A stretch of 64,000 bases of DNA. Origin: an uncultured Actinomycetota bacterium. GTDB taxonomy: Bacteria > Actinomycetota > Actinomycetes > Mycobacteriales > SCTD01. Positions 1-12,961 of this stretch are shown here, in pieces. Within the stretch, counting starts at the first letter, position 1. Every line of letters starts with the position of its first letter. The notes beneath the pieces are model-generated. The model worked only from the letters and a program-made list of their open reading frames with translations, searched no databases and was not told the DNA's origin. The position numbers were made by a program, and so were the translations under genes. The stretch covers positions 6,647 to 70,646 of the forward strand of contig CAWFHF010000003.1 in NCBI GenBank assembly GCA_963815615.1. The letters are read 5' to 3'.

Positions 1-530
1 CAGACCGGCAGGGACTGCCCGACGCGGTCGCGGACGGCGCTGGAGGAGATGGCCAGCGCCGGCACCTCGAGCAGGGTCACGGCGCCGTCGGGGAACGCCG
101 CCAGGTCGACCGGCTCGTAGCCCGGCCGGTTCACCCCGACGAAGTGCGCCAGCGTGAACAGCTCGTCCGCGGCGTGCCAGCCCAGGATCGCCGCGAGGGC
201 GTCCGAGCCGGTGATGAAGAACAGCTCGGCGTCGTCGCCGTAGGCGGCCTTGAGCGCGCGCAGCGTGTCGATCGTGTACGTCGGCCCGGGGCGGTCGACG
301 TCGGTGCGGCTGACGGAGAACAGCGGGTTGGACGCGGTCGCGACCACGGTCATGAGGTAGCGGTCCTCGGCGGGGCTCACCTGGCGGTCGGACTTCTGCC
401 AGGGCTGCCCGGTCGGCACGAACACGACCTCGTCGAGCCCGTAGCGCGCCTGCACCTCGGAGGCGGCCGACAGGTGGCCGTGGTGGACGGGGTCGAACGT
501 CCCGCCCATGACCCCGATCCGCCTCCCCAC
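1..530 (-). CDS. nadD: nicotinate-nucleotide adenylyltransferase (3' end runs off the window)
   Basis: Reverse strand from GTG at 530 reads [17 protein letters not shown]...[12 protein letters not shown]...YTIDTL...LFFITGSDA...LAISSS, the HxGH NadD signature. Absent from the ORF track because it is truncated. Confidence 0.93.
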   Translation of the reverse strand, partial: MGRRIGVMGGTFDPVHHGHLSAASEVQARYGLDEVVFVPTGQPWQKSDRQVSPAEDRYLMTVVATASNPLFSVSRTDVDRPGPTYTIDTLRALKAAYGDDAELFFITGSDALAAILGWHAADELFTLAHFVGVNRPGYEPVDLAAFPDGAVTLLEVPALAISSSAVRDRVGQSLPV

Positions 531-589
531 GGCGGCAACGCTAGCCGGGCGCGGTCCCGATCCCGGTCATCGGAGCGGTCGAGCAGCGG

Positions 590-1054
590 TCACGGCAGCG
601 CGGCGACCTTGGCGCCGATCACCGGCAGCGCGAGCAGCAGGGCGGTCGCCCCGACGGGCACCGCCCAGCGGGCCAGGAAGCGGTCGGTCGCCGCCGTCGG
701 GTCGTAGCCGAACGGCAGGGCCAGCAGCGGCACCAGCAGCACGCCGGTGAGGAACGCGAGGTCGCCCAGCGGGTTGAGCCGGGCGCCCGACAGCAGGGCC
801 CCGAGCAGCAGCGCCGACGCCCCCACCAGCCCGGAGCGGACGAGCAGGCCGGACATCGCCGACTGCACGCGCTCCTCGGCAGGGCCGCGCAGCAGCGTGA
901 CGACCAGACCGCTGGCGAAGAACGCCAGCAGCAGCAGGCCGCCGAGGCGCTCCCCGGTGCCCGCCGTCGGGTCGACCTGGTCGAGGTCGGCCGACAGCAG
1001 GCAGACCAGCACGATCCCGAGGAGCACCGGCGGGACGGCCGCCAGCCGGTTCAC
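590..1054 (-). CDS. hypothetical multi-pass membrane protein
   Basis: C-terminal part of ORF 590..2263; GTG start overlaps the upstream stop (GTGA at 1051-1054); about 5 hydrophobic segments. Confidence 0.65.
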   Translation of the reverse strand: MNRLAAVPPVLLGIVLVCLLSADLDQVDPTAGTGERLGGLLLLAFFASGLVVTLLRGPAEERVQSAMSGLLVRSGLVGASALLLGALLSGARLNPLGDLAFLTGVLLVPLLALPFGYDPTAATDRFLARWAVPVGATALLLALPVIGAKVAALP

Positions 1055-2480
1055 GAAGGCAGGATGCGGGTGACGAACTCCGACAGCTGTGCGGCGTTGC
1101 GCACCTCGACCATCTCGATGACCTCGCCGTAGGCGGCGGTGGCGCTGTCGCCGGTGGCCCAGTAGGCGTGCGGCTCGGGGTTGAGCCAGTAGGCGTGCCG
1201 GCTGCGCTGCACGAGCGACTTCAGCGTCGACTGCCCGGTGGCGCGGTAGTTGTTGCGCGCGTCGCCGAGGATGAGCAGCGAGGTGCGCGGCCCGACGGCG
1301 TCGGGGTACTTCTCGTCGAACTTCTCGATCGAGTGGCCGTAGTCGCTGTGGCCGTCGAACCAGACCAGCTCGGCCTCGGTGGACATCCGGGCGAGGGCGT
1401 CGCCGATGTCGCCGTCGGACTTGAAGAAGCGGGTGACCTCGTCGCAGGTGTCGATGAACGCGAACGCCCGCACCTTGGTGAACTGCTCCTGCAGCGCGTA
1501 GGCCAGCATCAGCGTGAAGTGGGCGAAGCCGGCGACCGAGCCGCTGACGTCGCACAGCACGACCAGCTCGGGCTTGTGCGGCTTGTGCGGCTTGTGGAAC
1601 GTGTTCAGCGGGACGCCGCCGGTGCCCAGCGAGGCGCGGACGGTGCGCCGGAAGTCCAGCCGCCCGGTCTTGCCGAGGCGCTGCTTGGCGGTCAGCCGCG
1701 TGGCCAGGCGGCGGGCCAGCGGGAAGACCTGCCGCTTGAGCTCGGCCATGTCGTCGCGGCTGGCGCGCAGGAAGTCGACCTGGTCGGCCAGCGGGCTGAC
1801 GACGGTCTTGGACAGGTTCTCCGCGCCCCGGTCCTCGGCCAGCCGACGCCGCACCTCGGCCTCGACCATCTCCTGGAACTGCCGGATGCGCTCGGTGATG
1901 GTCTGCCGGGCGACCCGCTCGGCCAGGCCGCCGCGCTCCTGGCCCTGCAGCATGGCCTCCAGCAGCGAGGCCATCAGCGTCTCGGGGCTCAGCGAGCGCA
2001 GCACCCGGTAGGCGAACCAGTTCTGCCGGCCGGGCTGCGCGTCGGCGCGGCCGAGCCCGCCGACGACCTCGCGGGCGAAGCGCTGCAGCGCCTGCTCGTC
2101 GCCCTTGAGCAGCAGGTCGCGCAGGGCGTCGCGCAGGGCGGCCGGGTCGACCTTGCCCGAGCCCTCCCCCGGCTGGCCCTCGCCGTCGCCCTCGCCGTCC
2201 TCGCGCTCGGCGTCGGCCTGCATCTCCGACAGCGACGTCTCGCCGGTGACCGCGGGGAACCACAGGTCGAACAGCTTGTCGAAGGCCCGCCGGTGCGCCG
2301 GGCGCTTGACGACGGTGGCCGCGAAGGCCGCGCGCAGCGCCTCGCGGTCCATCAGGTCGGTGACGCCCATGGCCCGCGTCGCGTCGATGACGTTGGACAG
2401 CGGGACGGGCACGCCGGCCTGACGGAGCGCCTCGAGGAAGGCGATCTCGCGGTCGAGCAGGCCGCCCGTGGGGGACGCCA

Positions 2481-2481
<1 letters not shown>
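1051..2481 (-). CDS. CoxE-like VWA domain protein
   Basis: MIDAS motif DVSGS, plus LDFRRTVRASL and ILGDARNNY; ATG at 2481 overlaps the MoxR stop (TGATG). Confidence 0.88.
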
Positions 2482-3347
<866 letters not shown>

Positions 3348-3446
3348 GGGTGCTCCAAGCGCTAGGGACCGAACCGCATTCTGTCCTACGCGCCGAGCCC
3401 TGTCGCGGGTGCGTACCCCGCCCGGACCGAGGGCAGGGTGATCCCC

Positions 3447-4284
3447 ATGAAGGTCGCCCACCTCGGTCTCGGACGCATGGGCGTCCTCATGGCCGGTCAC
3501 GTCCGCACCGCCGGCCACGACCTCCGGGTCTGGAACCGCACCCCCGGCAAGGCCGGCCCGCTGGCCGACGTCGAGGCCGGCTTCGGTCGAGGAGGCCGTC
3601 GAGGGCGCCGACGCCGTCGTGCTCATGCTCTTCGGGCCCGACAGCGTCCGCGAGGTCCTGCCCCGGCTGGCCGGGGCCCGGGGCGCGCTCGTCGTCGACA
3701 GCACCACCATCGGCCCCGACGCCGCCCGCGAGTTCGGCGGCGACCGCCCGCGGATGGGCCTGCGCTACCTCGACGCCCCCGTCGCGGGCTCCACCGGTCC
3801 CGCCGCCGACGGCACCCTCGGGGTGCTCGCCGGCGGCAGCGAGCAGGACTACGCCGACGCCCTGCCGCTGCTGCACCTGTGGGGCGCGCCGGAGAAGGTC
3901 CGCCGCGTGGGCGACGTCGGGGCGGGCTCCGCGCTCAAGCTCTGCGTCAACCAGGGGCTCGGCGTGATGGCGGCCGGCGTCGGGGAGTCGCTGCGGCTCG
4001 GGCGCGACCTCGGGCTCGACCGCGACGTGCTGCTCGACGTCCTCGGCGGCACCGCCTACGGCTGGTACCTGGGGCAGAAGCGCCCGATGCTCGACGCCGC
4101 CGACTTCTCGGCCACCACCTTCTCGCTCGACCTCATGGCCAAGGACCTGCAGCTCGCCGTCGACGCCGCGCAGGCGCAGCTGGCCGTCACGCAGGCCTGC
4201 CTCGACGCCGCCCGCTCGGCGCTCGGGGAGCACGCCGGGCAGGACTACAGCGCGATGACCGCGCACCTGGCCGACGGCGCGTAG
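3447..4284 (+). CDS. NAD(P)-dependent oxidoreductase, 3-hydroxyisobutyrate/6-phosphogluconate dehydrogenase-like (one apparent frameshift ~3590)
   Basis: GLGRMG Rossmann motif and WNRT in the first frame; DAPVAGS, KLCVN and FSLDLMAKDL in ORF 3619..4284. Confidence 0.85.
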
Positions 4285-4291
4285 TCGGGGC

Positions 4292-7200
4292 CTACAGCAC
4301 CCCGACGGCGAGGCCCAGGGCGATCGCCGTCCCGACCAGGCCCACCGCCCGGACCGTCCGCGGGGCGCGCACGTACGGGCCGTCGAAGGGCGCCGCCGGC
4401 GTCAGGCACACCGCTGACATGGCCAGCGCGGTCGTGCCGAGCGCCCTCGCGAGCGGGACCTCGGTCGCCGTCGCCAGGACGAACAGCAGCAGGCCGACAC
4501 CGGACAGCAGCAGCGGTCCGGCCCGGTGCACCCGCGCGTCGCCGCCGGTGCCGGTGGCCGCCGGCAGGGGGGCGAAGCCGGACAGCCCGGTCGCGGCGCC
4601 CGCGACCCCCAGCACGAGCGCCGGCGTCCAGGTCACGTGCGTGACGCCCGGCCCCGCGAGCCGACGGCGCAGCCGCAGCACGCCCGTGAGCAGGAGCACC
4701 ACCCCGGCGACGACGACGGCGGTCTCCGCCACCGGCAGCCGGGCCTCCGAGCACGGGCTGCAGCAGGACCGCGAGCGTGGCGACGACGCCCACCGCCGGG
4801 ACCAGCTGGCGGGGCAGCCGGCGACTGGTCTCCAGCGCCTGCTTCGCACGGTCCTCGACCGTCCCGACCACCCTGCCGGTGACCTTGCCCCGGTAGTAGC
4901 CGAACAGGCCGAGCACAGCGGCCCCGAGCAGCGCCGTGGCCGGCAGCCGGCGCTGCTCGGCCGTGTACGACCACGCCGCGGGCAGGGGTTGGCTGAGGTC
5001 GAGCCGCGTGACGTAGACCTTCTCGTCGTAGACCAGGGTGCGGTCCCGGCCGCGGAAGGAGCGGTCCTCGCGCGCCGCCCGGGCGAAGGCGGCCTGGGAC
5101 TGGAGCTGGTCGCGCAGCCCGCCGCGGGCGAGCACGACACCGAGGCTGTGCCAGCCCGGTGCCGAGTCGGGCTGCCGGGCCAGCCCGCGGCGGAGCAGGT
5201 CGCCGGCCTCGGCGTCCCGACGCCCGTCCTGCGCCAGCAGGGTGCCGAGGTCGAGCAGGGCCAGCCCCAGCCGCGGGTCGAGGCGCAGGGCCTCGCGGTA
5301 GCTCTGCTCGGCCGCCACCGGCAGGCCGGCCCGCCGCTGCACGAAGCCGAGGTCGAGCCGCAGCAGGGGGTCGTCCGGGTCCGAGGCCGCCGCCCGCCTC
5401 GCCGGCTCGACCCCCTCCGCGACCCGGTCGGTCAGGGTGGCCGCGAGTGCCGCGCCCGCGGCTGCCTGCCGCGACAGGCCGGGATCCGTGTCCTCCCCCA
5501 GCACGCCGGAGAGCTGACCGGCCTCGGCGAAGCGGCGGCCCGCCCCCTCGGCGTCTCCCCGCTCGAGCAGCACGGTCCCCCGCTGGACCTCCGCCAGCAC
5601 CCGGCTGACCAGGCTCGCGGACGACTCCTGCCGCGGGCGCACGAGGGCCACAGCCCGCTCCAGCGCCCGCAGGGCGTCGTCCGACCGCCCCCCGGCCGCC
5701 GCCGCGGCGCCGGCCACCAGCAGCGCGTGCTCGTCGAGCGACCGCGTCCCCTCGGGCAGCGGGACCGCCTCGTCGAGCCCGGTCCCGGCCCCCCCGAGCC
5801 CGGCGGCGACGACGAGCCGCTCGGCCTCCAGGGCGGCGTCCGCGGCGTCGTCCCACCGGCGGTCGAGGAAGGCCACCTCCGCCTGGCGCAGCGGGGCGAG
5901 CGGCTGGGCCGGGTCTCGCCGGCGCCAGGACCGCGCCGTCCGGTCCGCCTCCCGCAGGTGGCCGGCCCAGCGCTGGACGGCCTGCAGGTCGTCCTCCGCG
6001 GGCGGGTAGGCGACGGACAGCGCGGCCGCCTCCGCCTCCGCCGCCGCGCGGACGTCCGCCGGGACGGGCCCCGCCGCGACGGCCACGAGCCGCCGGAGCC
6101 GGGCCGGGGCGGCGGCGCACGGCAGCAGCGAGACGGCCTGCTGCGGCAGCGCCCACCTGCCCGGCGGCCACCAGGTCGCGGGCCCGCTGCGCGGCGGGGC
6201 AGCCGACCGACCCCCCGGTGAGGCCCTGCACGGGGGCGAAGCGCGGCACGAAGGAGACGTCGACGAGCAGGCCGGCCCCGGGGGCCGTCGTTCCGCCCTC
6301 GTCCAGCTGCAGCATCCGCCCGTCGGCCAGGCCCAGCGCCAGGGAGCCGAAGGACGCGCGGCCGCCGTCCGCCCCGGACGTGGAGCTGCCGGGGGCGGAC
6401 ACCGTGGGGTCGGGCGGCGGCACGACGGCGAGGACCCGGGCCGCCTCGGCGTGCCGGCCGGTGCGCTCGAGCGCCTCCGCCAGCCGCAGGGCCACCGTCT
6501 CGGACGCCGGGTACCTCCGCGCCAGCTCGCGCACGCGCTGCAGCGCGGCCCGGTCGTCCCCGGCCAGCACGAGGGCGTCGGCCTCGCCGAGCAGCGCCTC
6601 GGGCAGACCGCTCGCCGCTGCCGCGTAGTGCTGCTGCGCCTCGCGAGCGAGCCGCCGGGCGGTGAAGGGGCGGGCGCCGACCTCCGAGCGCGCCTGCTGC
6701 AGCAGCACGTCTCCCTGCAGCGCCAGGGCCACGGCCGGGTGACGGGCACGCAGGTCCGGGAGGACCGCAGCGACCGGGTCGGGCTCGAAGCCGCCGGAGC
6801 TGAACAGGCTCGCCGCCACGTAGAGCGGGGTCGGGTCACCGGGGCAGGCCCCCGCCGCGGTCGCCGCCGCCCGCGTCGTGTCGAAGGGGTCGATGAAGCC
6901 GGCGGTGTGCGTGAGCAGCGTGGTGAGGGCCGCGCCGCAGTCGGTCCGCACCAGCGGCGCGAGCAGGGCCCGCGCTGTGCTGCCGCCCTGGGACAACCGT
7001 CCCGCGCCGTCGGCGACGACGAGCAGGCCGGCCAGGTCGAGGACGTCGTCCCGGTGCCCGGGCAGGGGCTGGAGCCCGTCCAGCGCAGGGGCCGGGACGG
7101 GGACGACGACGGGAGCGGCGGGGACCGGGAAGAGCTCGGGCGCCAGCACCGGTGGCAGCGCACCCGGGCCCTGCGCGTCGGGCAGGACGGGACCGGGCAG

Positions 7201-7824
7201 GTCGAGCTGGACCTGCCCTGACGTCGCCCCCGTGCCGGCGGGCGGCGACACGCCCAGCCCCACGCCGGCCCCGTTCTCGCCGCTCTGCACCGGTGGCGCC
7301 GCCTCGGTGCTCGCCGTCGCCGTCGCCGACGGGGAGGGGTCGGCCGTCGATGCACCGGCGGGCGAGGCCTCCGCGGTGGGTGTGGGAGTGGGTGTGGGGA
7401 TGGGCGCCGGCGTGGGGCTCGGCGCCGGCTCCGGCGTGAGCGGCCGCGGTGCGCTGCGGGCCTGCCCGGCGACCAGCGGGGCCTCCGCGCCGACGTCGGC
7501 CACCGGCGGTCGCGGCATGGCCCTGAGCCGCTCGGCCGCGGCGTCGCCGTAGACGCGGCGCAGGGCCTCGTCCAGGGCGGCGTCCAGGGCCGGCCCCGAG
7601 ACGACCGCCCGCCGGGCGCGCTCGCGGCCCGCCTCGGTACCCCAGACCGGCAGGGGCGTGAGGCCGCGGGCTCCGGCCGGGACGCTGCCGAGCCCGAGGT
7701 CCGCGACGGGGCGCGGGGGCGGTGACCCCGGGGTCGCGGCGAGCACGAGCAGCGGCAGCACGAGCAGGCCGGCCAGGCCCGCGGCCACCACCGCGTCCAG
7801 CCAGCGCACGGCACGGACCCCCAC
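4292..7824 (-). CDS. large membrane-anchored TPR-repeat protein with C-terminal multi-TM (M50-like, degenerate) domain; apparent frameshifts ~6170 and ~4745
   Basis: Joined from ORFs 4633..7824 (N-terminal TM, Pro/Thr linker, helical repeats), 4245..7814 (TPR motifs such as LDLGFVQ...YREALRLDP...LGTLL, WHSLGVVL) and 4292..5140 (TM helices ending PAAPFDG). Confidence 0.7.
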
Positions 7825-7863
7825 AGGACACCCCCGGCGAGCGAACGTAGTGCCGAGGGGCGC

Positions 7864-7992
7864 TCAGCGGGGCCGGCGCGGCTCCGGGACGACCACCCGC
7901 CGCGGGCCGAGCGTGCGGTGCTGCGCGCTCAGCCGCGAGGTCCACAGCTGCCACCCGACGACGTACGCCGGGGTGAACAGGGCGGCGATCAC
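7864..7992 (-). CDS. possible small membrane peptide downstream of proA
   Basis: Hydrophobic then basic peptide (LLLALL)VIAALFTPAYVVGWQLWTSRLSAQHR...; start codon uncertain. Confidence 0.3.
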   Translation of the reverse strand: MIAALFTPAYVVGWQLWTSRLSAQHRTLGPRRVVVPEPRRPR

Positions 7993-8012
7993 CAGGAGCG
8001 CCAGCAGCAGGG

Positions 8013-9257
8013 CTATCGCACGTGCCCGTCGCCGTGCACGACGTAGGTGGTGCTGGTCAGCTCGGGCAGGCCCATCGGCCCGCGGGCGTGCAGCTTCTGC
8101 GTGCTGATGCCGATCTCGGCGCCGAAGCCGAACTCCCCGCCGTCGGTGAAGCGGGTCGAGGCGTTGACCATGACGGCCGCGCTGTCGACCGCGCGCACGA
8201 AGCGGCGGGCCTCGTCGACGTCGCGGGTCACGATCGCCTCGGTGTGGCCGCTGCCCCAGCGGCGGATGTGGGTGACGGCGTCGTCGAGGCTGTCGACCAC
8301 ACCGACGGCGAGGTCGAGGGAGAGGTACTCGGCGGCCCAGTCCTCGTCGGTGACGGGGACGGCGGTGTCGTCGTAGGCGGCGGCCCGGGCGTCGGCGTGC
8401 AGGGTGACGCCCTCGGCCTTGAGCGCGGCGACGGCGCGCGGCAGGAACTCCGCGGCGACGTCGGCGTGCACGAGCAGGGTCTCGGCGGCGTTGCAGACGC
8501 TCGGCCGGTGGGTCTTGCTGTTGACGGTGATCGCGACCGCCTTGTCGAGGTCGGCGCTGGCGTCGACGTAGACGGTGCAGTTGCCGACGCCGGTCTCGAT
8601 GACCGGCACCGTCGACTCGGTGACGACGGTCTGGATGAGCGACGCGCCGCCGCGCGGGATGAGGACGTCGACCAGGCCGCGCGCCGTCATGAGCTCCTTG
8701 ACGCTGGAGCGGTCGGTGCCGGGGACCAGCTGGACGCTGTCGACCGGCATGCCGGCGGCAGTGGCGGCGTCGGCGAGCACCTGCACGAGCGCGGTGTTGC
8801 TGCGGTAGGCGCTGGCGCTGCCGCGCAGCAGCACGGCGTTGCCGCTCTTCAGGCACAGCCCGGCGGCGTCGGCGGTGACGTTCGGGCGTGCCTCGTACAC
8901 GATCCCGACGACGCCGAACGGCACCCGGACCTGCCGCAGCTCGAGGCCGTTGGGCAGGAACGAGCCGCGCACGACCTCGCCCACGGGGTCCGGCAGCGTG
9001 GCGACGTGGCGCAGGCCGTCGGCCATGCCGGCGACCCGCTCCGGGGTGAGGGTCAGCCGGTCGACGAGCCCCTCGGCGGTCCCGGCCTCGCGGGCGGCGG
9101 CGACGTCGAGCGCGTTGGCGGCCAGCACCTCCTCGACCCGGGCCTGCAGGGCGTCGGCCATGGCGTGCAGCGCGGCGTCCTTGGCCCCCCGCGACAGGGG
9201 GGCCAGGGCCGCGGCGGCGGTGCGTGCGCGACGTGCGGTGTCGAGGACCTCGCTCAT
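8013..9257 (-). CDS. proA: glutamate-5-semialdehyde dehydrogenase
   Basis: [22 protein letters not shown], catalytic [42 protein letters not shown]. Confidence 0.97.
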   Translation of the reverse strand: MSEVLDTARRARTAAAALAPLSRGAKDAALHAMADALQARVEEVLAANALDVAAAREAGTAEGLVDRLTLTPERVAGMADGLRHVATLPDPVGEVVRGSFLPNGLELRQVRVPFGVVGIVYEARPNVTADAAGLCLKSGNAVLLRGSASAYRSNTALVQVLADAATAAGMPVDSVQLVPGTDRSSVKELMTARGLVDVLIPRGGASLIQTVVTESTVPVIETGVGNCTVYVDASADLDKAVAITVNSKTHRPSVCNAAETLLVHADVAAEFLPRAVAALKAEGVTLHADARAAAYDDTAVPVTDEDWAAEYLSLDLAVGVVDSLDDAVTHIRRWGSGHTEAIVTRDVDEARRFVRAVDSAAVMVNASTRFTDGGEFGFGAEIGISTQKLHARGPMGLPELTSTTYVVHGDGHVR

Positions 9258-9274
9258 GCAGCGAGGGTAGGTCC

Positions 9275-9502
9275 TCAGCCGCCGCGCTCGACCAGCGCGG
9301 ACTCGACGCCCTTGACGGCGATCTCCAGGGCGGCCTCGTCGCCGTCGAGCGGCAGGGTGTCGGCCGGGACGCTGCCCAGCCACTCGGGGCCGCCGTCGGT
9401 GACGCGGCCGACCATGACGTCGTCGCCCTGGCGGCGCAGCAGGGTGTCGCCGGCGGTCGCGCCGGAGGGGGCCTGGTCGGACTCGATCTGGTGGATGGTC
9501 AT
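9275..9502 (-). CDS. small acidic hypothetical protein (75 aa)
   Basis: ATG-initiated ORF that fills the proB-proA gap, with normal protein-like composition. Confidence 0.6.
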   Translation of the reverse strand: MTIHQIESDQAPSGATAGDTLLRRQGDDVMVGRVTDGGPEWLGSVPADTLPLDGDEAALEIAVKGVESALVERGG

Positions 9503-9522
9503 GCGCCCGCCCTACCCCGGTC

Positions 9523-10606
9523 TCAGCGGGTCAGCACCACCAGGTCGTCGCGGTGGACGACCTCGCGCAGGCCGAGCTCGCGGGTGGAGCGGCCGAGCAG
9601 CGCGGGCAGCTCGGCGGCGTCGTAGGCGACCAGCCCGCGGGCGACGGCGGTGCCGTCCGGGCCGGCCAGCTCGACCGGGTCCCCCGCGCCGAACTCGCCC
9701 TCGACGGCGGTGACCCCGGCGGGCAGCAGCGACAGCCGTCGCTCGCAGACCGCGGCGACCGCGCCGGCGTCCAGCAGCAGCCGGCCCCGCGGGGTGCTCG
9801 CGTGCTCCAGCCACAGCAGCCGGCCGCTGCTGCGGCTGCCCGTGGCGGCGAAGACCGTGCCGCCCTCGCCGCGCAGCGCCGCCTGCGACGTTCGCCGCGC
9901 TGGTCAGCAGCACCGGCACGCCCGCCCCGGTCGCGACCCGGGCGGCGTCGACCTTGCTCGCCATCCCGCCGGTGCCGACGCCCGAGCCGACGCCGCCGAC
10001 CTGCACCGCCTCCAGGTCGGCCGGCCCGTCGACCTGCTCGACCAGCCGGGCACCGGGGCGCCGCGGGTCGCCGTCGTACAGCCCGTCGACGTCGGACAGC
10101 AGCACCAGGGCGTCGGCCCGCACCAGGTGCGCGACCAGGGCGGCCAGCCGGTCGTTGTCGCCGAAGCGGATCTCCTCGGTGGCCACGGCGTCGTTCTCGT
10201 TCACCACCGGCACGACGCCGAGGGCCAGCAGCCGCTCCAGCGTCGTCTGCGCGTTGCGGTAGTGGCTGCGCCGCACGACGTCGTCGGCGGTGAGCAGCAC
10301 CTGCCCGACGGTGCGGCCGGAGCGGCCGAAGGCGGTCGCGTACTGCTGCACCAGCAGCGACTGCCCGACGCTCGCGGCGGCCTGCAGGGTGGCGAGGTCG
10401 CGGGGGCGGCGCGACAGCCCGAGCGGCGCGAGCCCGGCGGCGATGGCCCCGGACGAGACCAGGACGACCTCTCCCCCGCGGGCGACCAGGGCCGTCACCA
10501 GCGCGTCGACGCGGGCGACGTCGAGCCCGCCCTCGGCGGTGGTGAGCGAGGACGAGCCGACCTTCACGACCAGGCGACGGGCCCCCGCGACGGCCGCGCG
10601 GCTCAC
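9523..10606 (-). CDS. proB: glutamate 5-kinase with PUA domain (apparent frameshift ~9890)
   Basis: [41 protein letters not shown]; ends [12 protein letters not shown] in another frame. Confidence 0.95.
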
Positions 10607-12064
10607 GCCTGCGCGTCCTCTTCCTGGCGGGTGGGGTCGTCGAGCAGGTGGGTGAGGCCGAGCCGCTCGGCGCGCCGGACGTCCTTGAGCTCGCGGCGGC
10701 GGTCGGCGCCGATGCGCTGGTCGTTCTCGAAGCGGGCGTCCTGGCCGCGCATGCCGGAGGAGAACTGCTCCATCTCGGTCGGCTGCCAGTCGAAGCTGAC
10801 GTCCCCGATCGTCACCTGGCAGCCGGGCTCGGCGCCGGCCTCGGCCAGCGCCTTCTCCACCCCGAGCCGGTTCAGCCGGTCGGCGAGGTAGCCCACGGCC
10901 TCGTCGTTGCCGAAGTCGGTCTGGGTGACCCAGCGCTGCGGCTTCACGCCGTGGACGACGAAGCCGTCGCCGTCGGGCGCGGGGGCGATCGTGAAGCCGG
11001 CGTCGTCGACGGCGGTGGGGCGCAGCACGATGCGCGTCGCCTCCTCGACCGGCTGCGCGGCGCGGTGGCCCTTGACCAGCTCGGCGAGCGCGAACAGCAG
11101 CTCGCGCAGGCCCTCGCGGGTGGCCGCCGAGACGGCGAAGACCGGGACGCCGCGGGCCTCGAGGTCCGCACGCACGATGTCGGCGAGGTCGCGCCCGTCG
11201 GGCACGTCGACCTTGTTCAGCACGACGACGCGGGGCCGGTCGGCGAGGTCGCTCTGGTAGGCGCGCAGCTCGGCCTCGATGACGTCGAGGTCGGTCAGCG
11301 GGTCGCGGTCGGGCTCGAAGGTCGCGGTGTCCAGGACGTGGACCAGCACGCTGCACCGCTCCACGTGGCGCAGGAACTCCAGCCCCAGGCCCTTGCCCTG
11401 GCTCGCGCCCGGGATGAGCCCCGGCACGTCGGCGACGGTGAAGACGGCCCCGCCCGCCTCGACGACGCCGAGGTTCGGCACCAGCGTCGTGAAGGGGTAG
11501 TCGGCGATCTTCGGGCCGGGCGCTCGACACCGCCGCGATGAGGCTCGACTTGCCGGCGCTCGGGAACCCCACGAGGGCGACGTCGGCGACGCTCTTGAGC
11601 TCCAGCACGACGTCGGCGGCCTCGCCCGGCTCACCCAGCAGCGCGAAGCCGGGGGCCTTGCGCTTGGTCGTGGCCAGGCTGGCGTTGCCCAGCCCGCCGC
11701 GACCGCCCCGGGCGACGACGTAACGGGTGCCCACGCCGACGAGGTCGGCCAGCTGGTTGCCGTCCGCGTCGAGCACGACCGTGCCGTCCGGCACGGGCAG
11801 CTCGATGGTCGCGCCGTTGGCACCGGTGCGCATGTCGCCCGCGCCCGGCTTGCCGCTCGTCGCCTTCTGGTGCGGGTGGTAGTGGTAGTCGAGCAGCGTC
11901 GTCGTGTTGTGGTCGACGACCAGCACGACGTCGCCGCCGTGCCCGCCGTCCGCGCCGTCGGGCCCGCCGAGCGGCTTGAACTTCTCGCGGTGGACGCTCG
12001 AGCAGCCGTGCCCGCCGTCGCCGGCGGCGACGTGCAGCACGACGCGGTCGACGAAGGTGGTCAT
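10603..12064 (-). CDS. obgE: GTPase ObgE/CgtA (apparent frameshift ~11515)
   Basis: MTTFVDRV, Gly-rich Obg fold, [33 protein letters not shown]-terminal OCT domain. Confidence 0.96.
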
Positions 12065-12119
12065 CCGGGTGCCTCTCGTGGTCCCCGCACCGGTGCGCGG
12101 GGTCTGGGAGCAGAACGCC

Positions 12120-12152
12120 GAAGGCGGGCCCGGCATGCCGGACCCGCCCTCG
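12120..12152 (-). terminator. GC-rich hairpin after rpmA
   Basis: GAGGGCGGGTCCGG-CATG-CCGGGCCCGCCTTC inverted repeat just past the rpmA stop. Confidence 0.5.
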
Positions 12153-12168
12153 AGGAGGAGCTGAGGTG

Positions 12169-12447
12169 CTAGCTGGCGACGGCCACCGGCTCGGCCGCGG
12201 GCTGCGCGATGTTCACGGTCTTGCGGCCGCGCTTGGTGCCGAACAGCACCGCACCGGGCACGAGCGCGAACAGGGTGTCGTCCTTGCCGCGGCCGACGCC
12301 CTCGCCCGGGTGGAAGTGGGTGCCGCGCTGGCGCACGATGATCTCGCCGGCCTTGACGACCTGGCCGCCGAAGCGCTTCACGCCGAGGTACTGGGCGTTG
12401 GAGTCGCGACCGTTGCGCGAGGAGCTCGCGCCCTTCTTGTGAGCCAT
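12169..12447 (-). CDS. rpmA: 50S ribosomal protein L27
   Basis: [29 protein letters not shown]. Confidence 0.98.
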   Translation of the reverse strand: MAHKKGASSSRNGRDSNAQYLGVKRFGGQVVKAGEIIVRQRGTHFHPGEGVGRGKDDTLFALVPGAVLFGTKRGRKTVNIAQPAAEPVAVAS

Positions 12448-12451
12448 CTGT

Positions 12452-12766
12452 CTACTTCCCCGTCTCGATCGCGGTCACCCGGACGCTCGTGAGCTTCTGG
12501 CGGTGGCCCATGCGGCGCTTGTAGCCGGTCTTGTTCTTGTACTTCAGGATGCTGATCTTCGGGCCCTTGGTCTGCTCGACGACCTCGGCGGCGACGGTGA
12601 CGCCCGCGAGCGCGGCGGCGTCCGTCGTCACGTCCGAGCCGTCCACCACCAGCAGGGCCGGCAGGGAGATCGAGGAGCCGGCAGCACCGTCGAGCTTCTC
12701 GACCTCGACGACGTCGCCGACGGCGACCTTGTACTGCTTGCCGCCGGTCTTGACGATGGCGTACAC
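12452..12766 (-). CDS. rplU: 50S ribosomal protein L21
   Basis: [14 protein letters not shown]...[16 protein letters not shown]. Confidence 0.98.
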   Translation of the reverse strand: MYAIVKTGGKQYKVAVGDVVEVEKLDGAAGSSISLPALLVVDGSDVTTDAAALAGVTVAAEVVEQTKGPKISILKYKNKTGYKRRMGHRQKLTSVRVTAIETGK

Positions 12767-12961
12767 GGCTGAGCTCCTCGATGACGGGGGTGGTGTCGCG
12801 CGCACGTCAGGCACGCGCGACCTGGAGAGACTACAGGAGCCGCGCCGACGCCGTCGAACCTCGGCGTCCGCCGCCGGGACGGCCGCCGCGTGCTGCGGCG
12901 ACCGCCCCTGCGACGGCGGCCCGGGACTGCTCCGGCGGGACGAGGGCCCGGGTGCCCGGGC

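Noticed and set aside
7375-7440. GGGTGT/GGGAGT short repeats
   Set aside because: They encode the Pro-Thr linker (PTPTPTPT) of the TPR protein; ordinary low-complexity coding sequence.
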